From the NCBI GenBank assembly GCA_022813965.1, contig JALDZS010000002.1:310001-374000 (forward strand): a stretch of DNA of 64,000 nucleotides, written 5' to 3'. The notes under the pieces are model-generated. The model saw only the letters and a program-made list of their open reading frames with translations, did not search any database and was not told the origin of the DNA. The position numbers and the translations under genes are program-made. This DNA comes from Toensbergia leucococca. Lineage: Eukaryota. Every line of letters starts with the position of its first letter. Position 1 is the first letter of the stretch. Of this stretch, positions 1 to 13,229 are shown in pieces.

Positions 1-335
1 TGAATGCTGAAATACTGCATCTTGACAAACGCCTCAGGGCTAACACATAACACTCATTATCAGAAGACGGAATAATTAATCAATTTCTTCTCAGAAGCCT
101 TATGACGTCGTTCTGATCCGATCAATAACACTGAAACTCTCTGCTATTATCACTGCCATATTTAGCCGGCTTACTGAGGTTTTTTAGACTACAAGTATTC
201 ACAGAAACTTGACAATGTGATTGTTATTGAACTTGTCTGACCATTGCAAAGGAAAGTAACGCACCTTCAAGCAAAGCCTAAACCATTTACAACCGCTTGC
301 GCGTCAGCTCCGAATTAGTCTCTAAGCAAAATGCA

Positions 336-380
336 CAGGCAAAATCAGGCAAAATCAGGCAAAAAGCAGGCAAGTTCAGG
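336..380. repeat. Short tandem repeat, ~10-bp unit CAGGCAAAAT x ~4
   Basis: caggcaaaat caggcaaaat caggcaaaaag caggcaagtt cagg read directly. Confidence 0.8.
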
Positions 381-2364
381 TAACCGGCTCAAACATTTTA
401 TATTAGCACTTCAGCTTATCTGAGCTTTAGCATCCCTAGCCGGGTGAAAGAACTTTTGATGATCATTCAATGAACCTCGGATCCTTCACTAGCAACAGCA
501 TTCATGGTGTTATCATGCCTCCTCATCAACTAAAGTGTCAGCATACATATCTTACCTACCAAGTATCATTAATCTGAAGGTCTCAGCGTCAAGTCTCTTC
601 ATTCAAGCCAGCATGTTTGACTCTTTCAGATTGTCTGCTGCCTTCGTCAATATCGCAAGTAATGTTTCACCAACGCCCGTTGATTGATTGCGTATTTACC
701 CATCTCAGCAATACAAACGATGTGCTGAAAATTGGTTCGTGCTAGGACATAGATTGAATGGAAATTGGATAGAGATAGAAATTGCTCAAAATAACAGGCA
801 TTTGATCCTCATCTACTACTAAGCTGTGGAAAAAATAGCTCAATGGGCATAATGCTTTACGAAAGCCAGGCCTTAAGTTGCTCCTACCAATTGGTTCTTG
901 ATTTTTTCAAAGGCCTTAGTCATGCACGTTGAACGAGGCTGAAGTTGGCTGCGTCTGAGTTGGCAGATGCTACAAGCAGCTAGAAGCCATAAACGGTAAG
1001 CTTGCCCTCGATGCTGTAATTGACTAGGTAAACAAGGTACCAGCAAATCTCTAGATCGTATAACTTCTCGACATTGTTACCGGTGATAAGTCCAATGATT
1101 TTTGCCGGCCGCTGTCTGTGCTGCGGGTTACGAGCAATGAGGTATGGATCAGATGATTGGCCAGCTCGAACGGCCAAACTTTATCACAGAAGGTGTTCAT
1201 TCAACCGAGGGAACAGCTGTCACACTTTTAAATTTCGGATTGTTTTGCCCGGGCCGAAAAAGTCTGTCCTGACCACCATTCAATTCTGTTGCCTCACTTT
1301 TCTATGAGCATCGTAGCAGTATTTTGGCGTTTTGATTTACAAGGCCCGGCACTCGCTTATCTGCTTCACTCATCTTCCTAAGACGAAGAAGAATGCTTGC
1401 ACGAAGCGTCGGTTCAAGGTCACCGTTTTCTTAGCCCAGCTCACGGATTCGCGAGACATCCATAGTCCACATTTAATCCAAACCCAATTTTACTTTCTGC
1501 GAAATATCTTCCATTCTTCCACTCTTAGAGTAAGGCAACAACGAAGTTTTTCGGACCGTTTGCATGTAAGCTCGTCTTTCGATACATGTGAGGCCAGATG
1601 TCCCAAATCTTTTTTTTGGAGAGCCGCTAAGAACAAAACAGGGTAGTTCTCAGTTTCCTCTTGTGCAACGTGAAAACTCTGCTAGCTGCATATTCTTTGA
1701 TCCATCCTTCAAACATTCCCCAAAGCCACGTGGTATTGAAATGCTTAAGATCTACGGCGCTTCACATGCGATTGGTGAATACCTGCTGTGTATTTCAGAG
1801 CTCGGACCCTAAGATTGATTGACCTGTACAATGGAGATAGGGGACAAGGTAGGAGTGTAAGAGACTCAGCCGCAGACTCCTACTTGTGTTCCGACCGGAA
1901 TACATGGATTAGGTTCTACGACGGTCACATCTGTCACTGGCTGGAGATTCCCACTGGGTAAAGCAGTTTACTCGCATGTATCGCTAGTGGAAGCCTCGAT
2001 TGTGCGCCCCTCCGATCGCTCCATCGAGTGGAGAGATTCGTGGCAAGAGAGTGGGACATAACGATTCTACAAGACTATTGGAATGGCCGAGACTAGACAA
2101 TAAACTTCATGATTGAACCACTATTTCAAAGAAGGCGGGCTTGAAAAGCTATATGTGCCAAACATTCCTATCCAATTGAAACCTAGGATAGTTCTCGGTT
2201 TCGGAACCAATCCCTATTCTCACCCTAACAAGAAAGGCCCTTGAGAAAATGCAACATGCTCGACATCACCCTTTGAAATTTTTGGAATGGATGGGCATGC
2301 CTTAGAGCTTATGTCTTCCTGCGATAGTGTTATTTCAGCAGCACCGTGGGAACAACGACAAAAC

Positions 2365-2892
2365 TCAATTACCTTGGCCACCGTTTTGACCTCCGCTTAT
2401 GCTATCCCAGTGTTGACTCCAGTCCTTAATAGTTCGAGCCATGGTATGACCTCTATCTGCAGGTTCTTCATGGTGTCCTGCAAGGAACGCTTTGTACCGA
2501 TCAACTTCACTAAGATATCGTTGGATAGCGACAGAGTATTGAGGGTGCAAATGAAGAGGACTTTGCAAATTAGATTTGTTGGATCCGCCGGCAACTTTTG
2601 GAGTACTTTATCGATCAGGGTCAGCGATGATTTTGCGGACGAAATACGTCCTCATTGAAGGCCGGTCAATATTGAAGGTAATCCAAAGGTTCATACTAAC
2701 GTCATCGTGTTTGTGGAATGATAGAGGACGGTAAATATGGTGAAAGGTATGATGTGGTGTTGCTTGGAGGGCAGGGTCTATTCGAATGAGAATAAAGCTA
2801 TATACAAAGGCTGCTCGTGCATTGGAGGCATAGATTTCTGGAAGACAAAAGTCGAGACACCTAGGACTGAGGGGATCTCCTCGACTTATCAA
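2365..2892 (-). pseudogene. Possible decayed ORF of unknown family
   Basis: ORFs 2608..2892 and 2365..2568 are in the same frame, separated by one TAA (2608-2610); protein-like text (YSVAIQRYLSEVDRYKAFL, WSQHWDSIS) but no recognised domain. Confidence 0.25.
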
Positions 2893-5800
2893 TTTGCAGG
2901 ATTGCAGTCTCGCAATCGTGGGAAGACTTTAGCACTAATAGCCTCGGATACCTCGAGGCATAATACTAGCCATGAATTACGGTGAAGACATACGAACCCA
3001 TGTATTTACAGACCCTGGTCTAGCAGGTATGACTGAGATCTACAAGATATGCGCGCTTGCACTTTGAGTCTCGGCTCGTCGGAGAAATGATACCTGAATC
3101 ACCATCGTATTCTAGACGGTTTGCCTGGAAAGGACCACTCGTTATATTTTAGTGCCGTTGACTATTGATCGGATTCAATTCGTTGACGCATGTTTACGGC
3201 TCTGTTGGATGACTGTGACTAAACAGTTCGTGGATAAGAAGTGCCTCTTTGCCTACAAGCGTTGTGAACAAGGATAAGCATTTTGTACGACCACATATCG
3301 ACATATCACAGCCCCTGCCCGTTCGACTTTCCTCTCCATTCCACTCCTGGAAGCGAGCTGGATTCGATAACGGCCTTTTCTTATTCGCAGTTGTCTGTGG
3401 TTTCACCAAGCCCCTGCTGCACCAAAAACGGGAGGTACCTACATAGAAAGCAAACTTTACTCCATCATGTTTGGATGCCTGCCAAGTCACTACCTAGGAA
3501 TCAATGACACTCTATTATTTTTTCTAAATTAGTCAAACTCCACAATGTCCTTGTACCTAGACAGTGCCCTAGACAGTGCTCTAGGGAACTCCAAAGATAC
3601 TCACGGAATTCGATGAGCGGCAGGGCCACAACTTCCAACGGAGGCCCCAGGTAAACACATCGTGCTCAGAGTGTCTCATTACTGACGTACCTGTCAAAGA
3701 TTTGGTTACTACATGATGTGCAACAGGGTCCGGGTTTGGGCCCGCATCCACACTTGATCGCTAAGCTCCGTGATTCGCTCTCAATAAAATCAGGGCAAGA
3801 GCAGCTGGCCAGTACGGACATGATACCCATGCAGGAATACACCAACAGCAAGATCCAGCATGTGCATCCAAAGCATGTTTCACACTCAGCGTGATCAATC
3901 TTAGATTGCATTTCCTCTTCATTGCCTCGCCTATCAGGTGGACACGTTAGGCATGCACCTATCTCTCTTATCCTGGTTGAAGAACGTTTTTCCATCATAG
4001 GTAATCATCCGCATTTGCACATGCAGACAAGACAACCCCAGAGACAACTCTCAACTTGTCATCTCCTTATCTACTGAATGACCAGGATGTTGCATCATAG
4101 CACAAATCACTACAGCAAAGTGGTAAAATTAGATGCAACACCTATCTCGACCTTTAGCTTCCCGCCTCAGAGCTTTCCAAGTGACTAGACTTAACCATAA
4201 TCACCTCCATAATCAATTATATCCTCAGAAAGACGAGCCTGAAGTCTCAGCATGGAAGAGTACACAAACGAAACGTCATTGATTACGTTGGATTCGGATC
4301 AGAATTAGGTATTCATGACCACTATTTCAACATATCTCAAATCGTGACCCATCTTCCGGTGGTGTTACTTTCTGTGCTCATTTGGTGGAATTGTCGCTCC
4401 ATTCTCAAAAGAGGCCACTGAAATAGTGGTGCTACCATCAATCCTCCTCCTAGCGCAGGTTTAGCTTCACTAGAAGATTCAACACCAACCTACCTAAGTA
4501 CGATCAACTGCTGCTTGCTAAACCATGCAGCTCGTCAGCGCCCGTTGATCCCATTTGAGAACAATTGTTGGGTTCATCGCCATCCTGTGATTTACTACGG
4601 CAAATCTGAGAAGCCAGGCGGGTTTCATAGGTACTATTGGACATCCAAGTCTATTATGTATGCACAATGCGGCTTTTGCACGGTGCTAGTGAAACGGACC
4701 TCGGATAGTAGCCAGCCGTGCATTCAATTCTCCGGTTTGAATTTGATTGGTGCCCAGTTCTTGTAAGACGAGGTAAAAGAAAGACGCAGGCAAAGCTGTG
4801 ACATGGGATCTTGGTTCCTAACGAATACCTTGACGTGAGCCAAATGCAGCTCCAAGATCGTGTAAGCTAACGTGTGTGGTCCTCATAGAGCGTAAGAAAG
4901 CTTGTAGCCTTTTTCTTTGACAGGTGCAGAGTCTCTCGTACACTTCCACCTAATGCGATATACCGATGCCAGTAGTCGTGATCTAGAGGCACAAGATCGA
5001 GCTCATAACATCCCATATGAGCCATGACCTCTCCCCGCCGATAAATAATCCCCATATCAAACAATAGTGATGAATATGACGATCGCAGGAATTTGATGTT
5101 GTAGCTCGCCTTCTTCCGCCTCGAGAAATACCGAAATTGCTAGGGCGAGACGGGTTTTGCGAGATCGTGAGCTATTATTTCTTGAATCCTTAGAATGGTG
5201 CGGAACTTTGCATACAGGATTGAGCCTAAAGTACTAGGCCTTGCTTACGTTTCTGGAGGTGTTGATGTGGAAGGTGAAACTTTCTTTGTTGGAAGCCTTA
5301 GATCGAGCTGGGCGAATGGCCTGGTGAAATAGCTGGACAAGCGCTGATCAAGACTGATTGAGTCGAAAAGGCGAAAGCTATGACTGCTCGAAGTCAGCAA
5401 GCTTGAGTCAATTGCCGATGCGCTCATCCCAGATGACTGACCGCTTCGCATCTCGACTCAAACCAATTTAGCAGCTGGTGTCTGCTACCATTTCCAGATC
5501 CCTACCTAGTCAAGAGCTTGACCTTCCTTAAAGAAGACCTCCCATTCTCCTTGAAGCATGAATGGATCTTCGTCAATATATGCCACTTTCTAGGTCGATT
5601 ATGCGATCACATAGAGTTCCAAGGACTATAAATCTCAAAGCTCGAGGATCTGCTCCGTCCCCGCACGAAGAGCCGTACAACGGCGGTTTTCGGACAGGGA
5701 AGGAGCGTCACCATTGTCGAGTGGTGACTTCCACTCAAACTTGTTGTTTGACAGAACGTAGGGAGCGTCTTTCTCAGTGAGTCCATCGCCAACAGATTCG

Positions 5801-7257
5801 GTGATACCTCGAGACGCAACCTCGGCAGTCGCACACCTCCTGGTGTACCTTTCTGGAAGACATTGACTTGGGAAATATTCGCACTACCAGAGAGATCGAT
5901 TTGGCAGCGAAGGGACGTGTTGCTGTAGGCCTTTGTCCGTCACTAGGGTTTATGACTGTTGTACTCAATCAGCCGATCACTAGATAAAAAGACTGCGCTA
6001 TAGAGTTGAAAGGGACAGAGACACAACGTTCCTATGACTTCGAAACCTTTGTCTATTGTGTTGCTGGTAAGCTTTCAAGAGAAGGAATCATAGCAGAAAT
6101 TGACATTGCGCCCGCAGCCTTGCCCGGCGCCAGGGCTAAAGTTTAGGACATCAAAAATCACCAGATGTGAAATCTAGACGGTAACCAAGGAGAAGACGAG
6201 ATATTCATAACGAACAGATCAGCCCAGAAATGAGTCAAGTGCTATAGCATTCTTAAGGATGAGAAAAATGTTGAGAATGGTGAGGATCAACATTGGTTTT
6301 GAGCTTGCAGGTATGTTATTGGATAGAGACGAGGCTGGCTTCCATGAAATCTTATCTCTTATTGGCTGTGATGATAGGCTGATTCTTTCTGGCACGCTTC
6401 AAGATAACGCATGCAGGATGATCTCAAACATTGCTAGCATCTCGACCGAGGGAAGTGCTTCCTACAATGAGTATTTCCTCCAGAATTGAATTGCTGAGAG
6501 GTTATAAAAAGCAAAAATCACCATCAGGCCAGTTATTTCCTCCTCCTACTGTATGACTTTTAATCCTCTTCGTGCTTGTTCGGTATCAAGCCGTACTAGT
6601 CCAATTCTTTACACCTTCTCCAGGCTACCAGGGAAGCAGTTCTCAGAAATCCGTTTTCATTTGTGGTTACAAGAAGCGAGTATGGGTTGCAGAGCCGCGC
6701 GAATACTCAACCTTACCGAATAATTCTTATCAAAGACAGAAGAAGTTACCCTTTCTATCATGCATTGACCTCCCCCAAATGCTTTTTCATGAGTCTGTAT
6801 AGCTAAGAAAATGAAGACCCAAGATACGCAGATTGCTATCGTTAGTTATGCAAAATTTTCAGAGAGTTTGCAGGTTTTTTAGACCATCAGGGTTCCTCGA
6901 AATTACAAGCCTGATTTCTAAAGCTCACTTGATTTTCAAACATAGAATGAGAGCTATAGGTTCCTTGAAATATGTATCTCGGAGTTCTTGACAAGGGGGC
7001 TATGTCCCTAGAAGGGTTTCAACATCGATGAACGTATTTAGGATCGCCGTTACTCATGGGACATTAGGGTAAGCCCTTTGCTTCTCGTTTTCTAAATTCT
7101 GAAAAGCCGGCTTGGTATAATATATAGAAGAACACCACTGCCGGTTTCGTTCATGAGCGTTTCAAGCCAATATCATGATCCAGGGGATCGCCGTGGAGAC
7201 TGACTGAACATTCTCGTTCATAGTTATAGGTGTATCCAACGAAAGATAGAAGCAATA

Positions 7258-9729
7258 TCAAGTGCTGAAAATGATATTAAAATACTTGACAAATTTGTTT
7301 CTATGCGTCCTGTCAGCTGCTTTTCAAATTTCTTCATCAGACCTTACTTACCTCGGTGGTATTGCGACAAAATTTCTTGTATATTCCTCTATTCCCGCTA
7401 CATCTTTATACAAGTCCACTTCTTCGGGTTTTAGCCACTTGGTCTTCTTCAGGATTTTCCAGCCGAAAAAGAGTATTGGAAAGACACCAATCATGGTGTA
7501 AGAGAAGAGGAATGTTGGTATATCCCATTGTCCGGGCAAGAAGACGGTATAACCTGACACGAAAGTCATGACAAAGCACCCGGTCAAGGCATACCATGCG
7601 GCATATGGTTGCAACCAGCCTTTGTGGGGAAGAGAATCGCGGGACAACCCTTGTGCTTGGCAGGCTTTCATGAAATGGATGAAAGTATATGCCATGACCG
7701 AAAAATTGATGAGTTGCGATGCCGTGACCTGTCGTTTCATCATTAGCAACTAGGTATGCAATCCATGTAGAGTGACGTTGCTGATTACCAGGTTGACAAA
7801 CCACTGCAACACTACAGATGCGCTGTTACTGACTTGTAAGAAGCTCAATAAGCTAATGAGCAGGACTGCAAATACGCAGTATATGGGTACTCCATTCCTT
7901 GTGCATCTCGTTAAGAACCTCGGCGCCTTCCCCTCCAAAGCGAGTCCGAATAGACTCCGGCTTGCGCAATAGACATAGCTATTGCCAGCACTGAAAGCAG
8001 CTGTCAACACCATAGCGTTCACAATATCAGGCAAAATCTTGATTCCGAGCCTGTTCATGGCAACGACGTACGGGCTTGCAGCAGCTCCAGGCGCTCCAGT
8101 CGAGAATGCATCCGCAAGCTCCGGATCTGTGTAAGGCACATTGATGCCTACCGCCAGACTTCCCAACACGAAGAATGCCATTAACCGTCCGAAGACGGCA
8201 TTGTACGCTTTCGGCATCACGACCCTTGGATTCTCTGCCTCCCCTGCCGCCATACTCACATAATCAGGTCCCGCGATGGTGAAACTCGCCTGGATTAGGC
8301 ATTGCAAAAATCCTAAGAAGCGACCTAGTGATCCTGTTTTGTAAAGCTCGGCGAAGGACCCTGGGTCGCGCCAATAGCGAAAGCCGAAACGGTCGTGCAT
8401 TGGATTACCGCCAAGCATGGTGACGAAGGTGTAGAGGATGAGGCCGACTATCAAAAGAACTTTTCCGAGAGCCAGCCAGAATTCTGATTCACCATACCAT
8501 TTAACCGCGAATATGTTGATCAAGCTATTGCTTTACGATCAACGACTGTTGGAATGAAGGAGATGGAGGACAGTACGAGATGGAAAAGGGATGATACCCA
8601 CCCATATAGAATGATAACGATAGCAATGATGCCTCCAGCGGGTACAATGTCACTCCAGTAATGGATGATGACATTACATGCAACGATCTCGAAAGGGACG
8701 AGGGCGGCCTCAAAGACGAAAAAGTTGTATCCGGCCGCGACGCCAAAGGCTTCGTCGACATAGCGGCCGGCGAAGCGAATGAACGGAGACGAGATAGGAA
8801 GGTATGTCACCATTTCCGCCATGCCTAAACGACTGTATGTTAGTGATTTCAATAAAAACATGCTGTAAGTCTGACTGATGACCATTGTAACGACGGCTCT
8901 ACTTCGCTGTCATTAGACTTTTCGCTTGTGGCATTAGGGCTTAAGATTTTTCAAAATCAAGGGTCCGCACTTGATATGAAATTTGTTTTCCTTTCACTCA
9001 ATCACGGAAATGGAGGATGAAGAGAAGATTTTCATACAATTTGTTATGGCCAGTATAAAGGTACACCTAGATCACGTGGTTGAATAAGATACGATTCTTG
9101 TCACCAACTCAAAGAGCCCCAGGATGATTCTCAACCAGAGCACACTCTTTACGCAGCGTGCACACCCTCTTTTTCCCGGGCACAAACGGCGCACCAGATC
9201 AGCAGTGAAAGGACTAGAAGTCTCTTACCATATTGTGAAGGCCATGAACAGCGACGCAGGACCACCCTACCCACTACTTAGCCGTCTACGTACAATTTCC
9301 ACACTCAATCCCAAGACTCACATTTATCAACCCATGCCCTATGCCGGCGTTAGCACTCCCCGTTCATCCAAGCACAAAGACAGAGGGATCCTACCAATTT
9401 GCACAAAAAGCGCCGTCCCAATTGTCCTGATCCCCCATGGTGAACATCAGCATTGCCCCACCAAATATCGCAATGACCAAAGCTAAAAGGACATCAACAA
9501 ACCCCCCAATCCCAATCAATTGTATATGCCTCGGCTTCAATTTCCGATGCGTACTATCGTACAAGGGTTTCGACTCATCCTCATCCGACGACCCATACCG
9601 CACCGCCCCACCATCTTCCTCATCTTTCACCCCACGGGCAATCGGCGTCTCGTCAATCGGCGGTTTCTCATTGGCGGTGGAATGCAAAGAGGCCGAATCC
9701 GAGGAGCGGTGAAAGCCTGTTGACGCCAT
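7258..9729 (-). CDS. AGP2: Amino acid permease (APC/YAT family), AGP2-like; multi-exon
   Basis: THRKLKPRHIQLIGIGG-TIGTALFVQIG, MAEMVTYLPISSPFIR, YGESEFW, AAGEAENPR, SAGNSYVYCASRSL motifs; ATG at 9729 (MASTGF), last exon NKFVKYFNIIFST*; several small exons. Confidence 0.9.
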
Positions 9730-10589
9730 GGCGGAAGGGCGGAAGATTTGAGAGAAAAAGAACGGAGGATTTGTTGGGGAAAAGTGACCCTCCACCGGCC
9801 AAACGGGGGAAACCAGATCAGTTTGGTTTGCACGTGGCTGTCTGTACCACCAAAGTACGCCATAGCTATCTACCCCACCCAAGCGGGGCCCAACCTACGT
9901 TAGAGTTGCAACCACCATTGAGATAAACATCATGTGGGTGGAAGGGTGCCGACAGGATCGTTGCGCACAGGCTAGTAATTCTGTGACGGCCGGGTGGTTG
10001 CATTGACGCAATCTCGGTTAGCTTAGGGTTCACTGCACGTTGATGTCATTATGCATTAGACGAAGTCGCTTGTGACTAGCCAATGATGCTCCACTTTCTC
10101 CTCTTAAGTCTGTGCACTAGCTAAAAAGGAATTCCTAATGGGCGGATGGAATCTCTGAGGTTCATCATTCAAGTGCTAATGAAATTTGTTATTGGACTGC
10201 CACCAACCCAGAGAAGACAACCAAGGCCGAAGACACACTGCTCACACAGAATTAAATCATCCACGTTAAAACAACGATCGACCAAGAAGTCACGGACAAA
10301 TACAGACTACATATTTCCATTTTTCTTTAATCGGCCGATAAAACATACCAAGTCGAACAGAAGAGTCAGTGCTGTGGAGTGCACCTCTTACAACGCTTTA
10401 AGATATTCCCTTATCTGCTGCTTAGACAGCTCCCAGGCTTTGAAATACAGCAATCGAAGTCCTCGGTGCTGGAGCAAGCGTAGTTGCTCTTCTTGAAAAG
10501 TCTTTGAAAGTTGTGTCTCTGTGTGCGGAGTATCTCTATGAACACTGAAAGGTCATTCGAGAGTAATCACTGCAGAAGTCTTCTTTCCT

Positions 10590-11090
10590 ATCGGCCGGTC
10601 TATATGGCCTCTGAATGCTGGGATAACACTGTCGGGCTGTGGCACTTGGCCAAAGGAGCCTCCCAGTTCACTCTGAAAGGTCTGTCAAGAGTAGTCGCTG
10701 CGTTAATCTTCTCTCCTGGCGGTCAGCTTTTAGCCTCGACAGCCAACGACAAGACTATTAAACTATAAGATATCAAAACAGAGGTCTTAATCTGAAAGTT
10801 TGATTTACAAACATCTCCTTTTTAATGAGGTTGGCCCACAGCTCGAGATAGATGGGGGACTCTTCAAGGCCTCACTATCTACTCTATCTATTTCTCGTCG
10901 CAAGCTCGATTGGTTTGATGCTTGTACTCACTGAATCTTGACAAGGTGTGGGTGACTTTTCAGAAATAGCTACAAGTTCTTTGACTTCCACCAAGCCGGG
11001 TCCATGTATGAAGTGTATACGCCACTTTGAATAGATATCCCGGTGCTGGGAAGCCGCTCGGGATAAATCGCGTTCCTAGGTTTCAGTACG
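10590..11090 (+). pseudogene. Remnant of NACHT-WD40 (HET-E/NWD-like NLR) gene: last WD40 repeats and C-terminal tail
   Basis: WDNTVGLWHLAKGASQFTLKGLSRVVAALIFSPGGQLLASTANDKTIKL*D, then FNEVGPQLEIDGG, WVTFQK*..VL*LPP and VLGSRSG*IAFLGF; several stops and frameshifts. Confidence 0.8.
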
Positions 11091-11996
11091 GACTTTGCTC
11101 CGTCCTTTAATTTAATTTTGCACAAAACCTTTGATGAGATTATCCTTGTTGACCCTTAACAATCAGAAGTACCGACCTATGTCTGGAAGTCGATTCAAAG
11201 AAATTACGCACTACAAATTGTTTCAATCTCACAAGTTTAATGAAGTTCCTGTTATGGCCCTTTCTTTGACATAGCAGCTTCTTTTGCAAACAAATTGGGC
11301 GTTGACTATTCAAGAGAAATACATATGGTTGCACGGCTTCTGTACCGCTTCCGTCCTGACTAATATTCCAAACGATATCAGTCAAAGCATCACAAATTAC
11401 AGGAGGCTCAGAAGTGGGAAAGAAGCAGAAATGCCCCAGCAACATCATCTACATGTCTCAAATATCCCATCGCCTCGAGAATAGGCTTGTGCCTCTCACC
11501 TGCAATTATGAACTTGTCAAGAACTAAGAGGCTAGGATTGATGGCGGCGATGATCACGGTATTTTGGGAATTCTGCGACGAATGCTGACGCATGTACATT
11601 TGAACCGCTGACCTCCTGTCACTTTGAATCTTGTTTTAATTGATACGGTCAATGTAAGGCTCAGATCAGGATCAAAGATCAGTTGAGACTAAATCTGGGC
11701 CAACAGTAATTTACACAACTTTTTTGGTAGCTACATATTTCAATTGCAGTACTATAGAATATGTGGCTCACCTCACCTCTATAGTTGAAATGACTTAACA
11801 CTCAAGATGTGTGTTGAGGCACCCTGTAAATTAGCTACTCTAATTCAGTCTCTCAGATTTGCGTATATAAACGCTAAGACGTCACACTCTCAATATCAAA
11901 TAATTTCAACAGACAGTTTTACAATACCTTAGCATCCCTTATTTTCAACCCCACTCCTCTCTTCACCGAAACACCCCCCCTAAAAAAAGTCAAACA

Positions 11997-13116
11997 ATGG
12001 CATCCCCCACTCAGCCCGAAACAAGTAACTTCCCTACATCCCCCACAAACACTCCAACTGACACACCTCTGTCCTTCGAAAAAAGTCGACCTCTCCTCCC
12101 TCCCCGCCCAAACCCTCTCATCACTAAAATCCCAACTCGACGCCGACCTCACCCATCTCACAACCTCCCACAGCACCCTCCGCACCGCCCAGCAAAAATT
12201 TCGCGACTGTATCACCTCTCTCGCTTCCATCAGTCCCCAGGACGGCAATCCTTCAGGTATGAAACTCCTGTATCTCCTTGCTCTTCGTTTTTCAGTGTTT
12301 TGATGAATTGGTGCGGGGGAATTTATGGGTATAGTAATGCAGCGAATAGCGGGAGGAAAAGGCCTAGACTGATATGGACAACGCAAATTTACACAGATAT
12401 CCCAATCCTAGTCCCCTTAACCACTTCCCTCTATGTGCCAGGCGTGCTGGCAGATCGGGAAAAAGTGCTTGTAGATGTGGGGACGGGATTTTTCGTCGAA
12501 AAGGTATTTTTGTTTATCTCCCCCACCTTCCACCACCGCCCACCCCTACTCCAGAAAAAAACGTCCCTCTTCCTCCCCCTCCCCCCGCCTGCTCATAAAA
12601 AAACCCTATGTGTATCTAATCAATTGAGCGATTAATAACGGGAGGACAAAAATCGATAGACACCCACGACAGCAACAAATTTCTACAATGCCAAAGTCGA
12701 GGAACTAGGCCGAAATCTCAAGGAATTGGAGGGAGCGGTGGGGCAGAAGACGGGGAATTTAAGGGTCGTGGAGGAGGGTGAGTCTTCTTTCTTTCTTTCT
12801 TTCTTTCTTTCTTTCCTTTGCTATTTTTTGGATATTATCTGTTTCTTTGGTTTTTTGCTCTCTTGAGGTTGAAAGGGGTGTTGGGTTGTTTTTTGAGTTC
12901 ATAGAAGGAAGACTTTAATTTCTAATTTCTCTTTTCCATTTCCGCTTTCCTCCCCCCTTTTCAGATTCACTTTCCTTCCGCGCGTGCGGCAAATACATAA
13001 ATGTGCAGCAGCTTAGGCTAAAAACCCCCTCTCACACAGTCCTCCGTCAAAAAGTCCTAGTCAATAACAACAACAACAACAACAACAACAGTGAGGGAGC
13101 TGCACAAACAGCCTAA
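11997..13116 (+). CDS. GIM5: Prefoldin subunit 5 (alpha type); multi-exon
   Basis: LRTAQQKFRDCI, ILVPLTTSLYVPG, VLVDVGTGFFVEK, FYNAKVEEL, LRVVEE-VLRQK; ends in poly-Asn then SEGAAQTA*. Confidence 0.9.
12785..12815. repeat. (TTTC)n microsatellite in prefoldin intron
   Basis: ttctttctttctttctttctttctttctttc. Confidence 0.9.
13066..13089 (+). repeat. (AAC)8 coding microsatellite (poly-Asn)
   Basis: Eight AAC units in the last prefoldin exon. Confidence 0.9.
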
Positions 13117-13229
13117 GTAACATACACGCCAAAAAAACTCTCCTTTAGTGGCTTTTTGTCCCTCTCCCTCCTAGCACACCTGAATCAGATCAGACAGTAA
13201 ATCAGGCTTGGGGTAGAGGTTGAAGGGAT

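Noticed and set aside
3556..3579. 12-bp tandem duplication CCTAGACAGTGC x2 as a transposon footprint
   Set aside because: No associated element ends; simple slippage suffices
8826..9228. Apparent missing or alternative exons in the permease gene
   Set aside because: A small exon near 9039-9067 (CTFILAITN) restores the frame with canonical splice sites; other candidates are intronic
12300..12375. TGATGA...CTGA in a prefoldin intron resembling a C/D box snoRNA
   Set aside because: No terminal stem or antisense rRNA guide recognised; the CTGAT is better explained as the branch point
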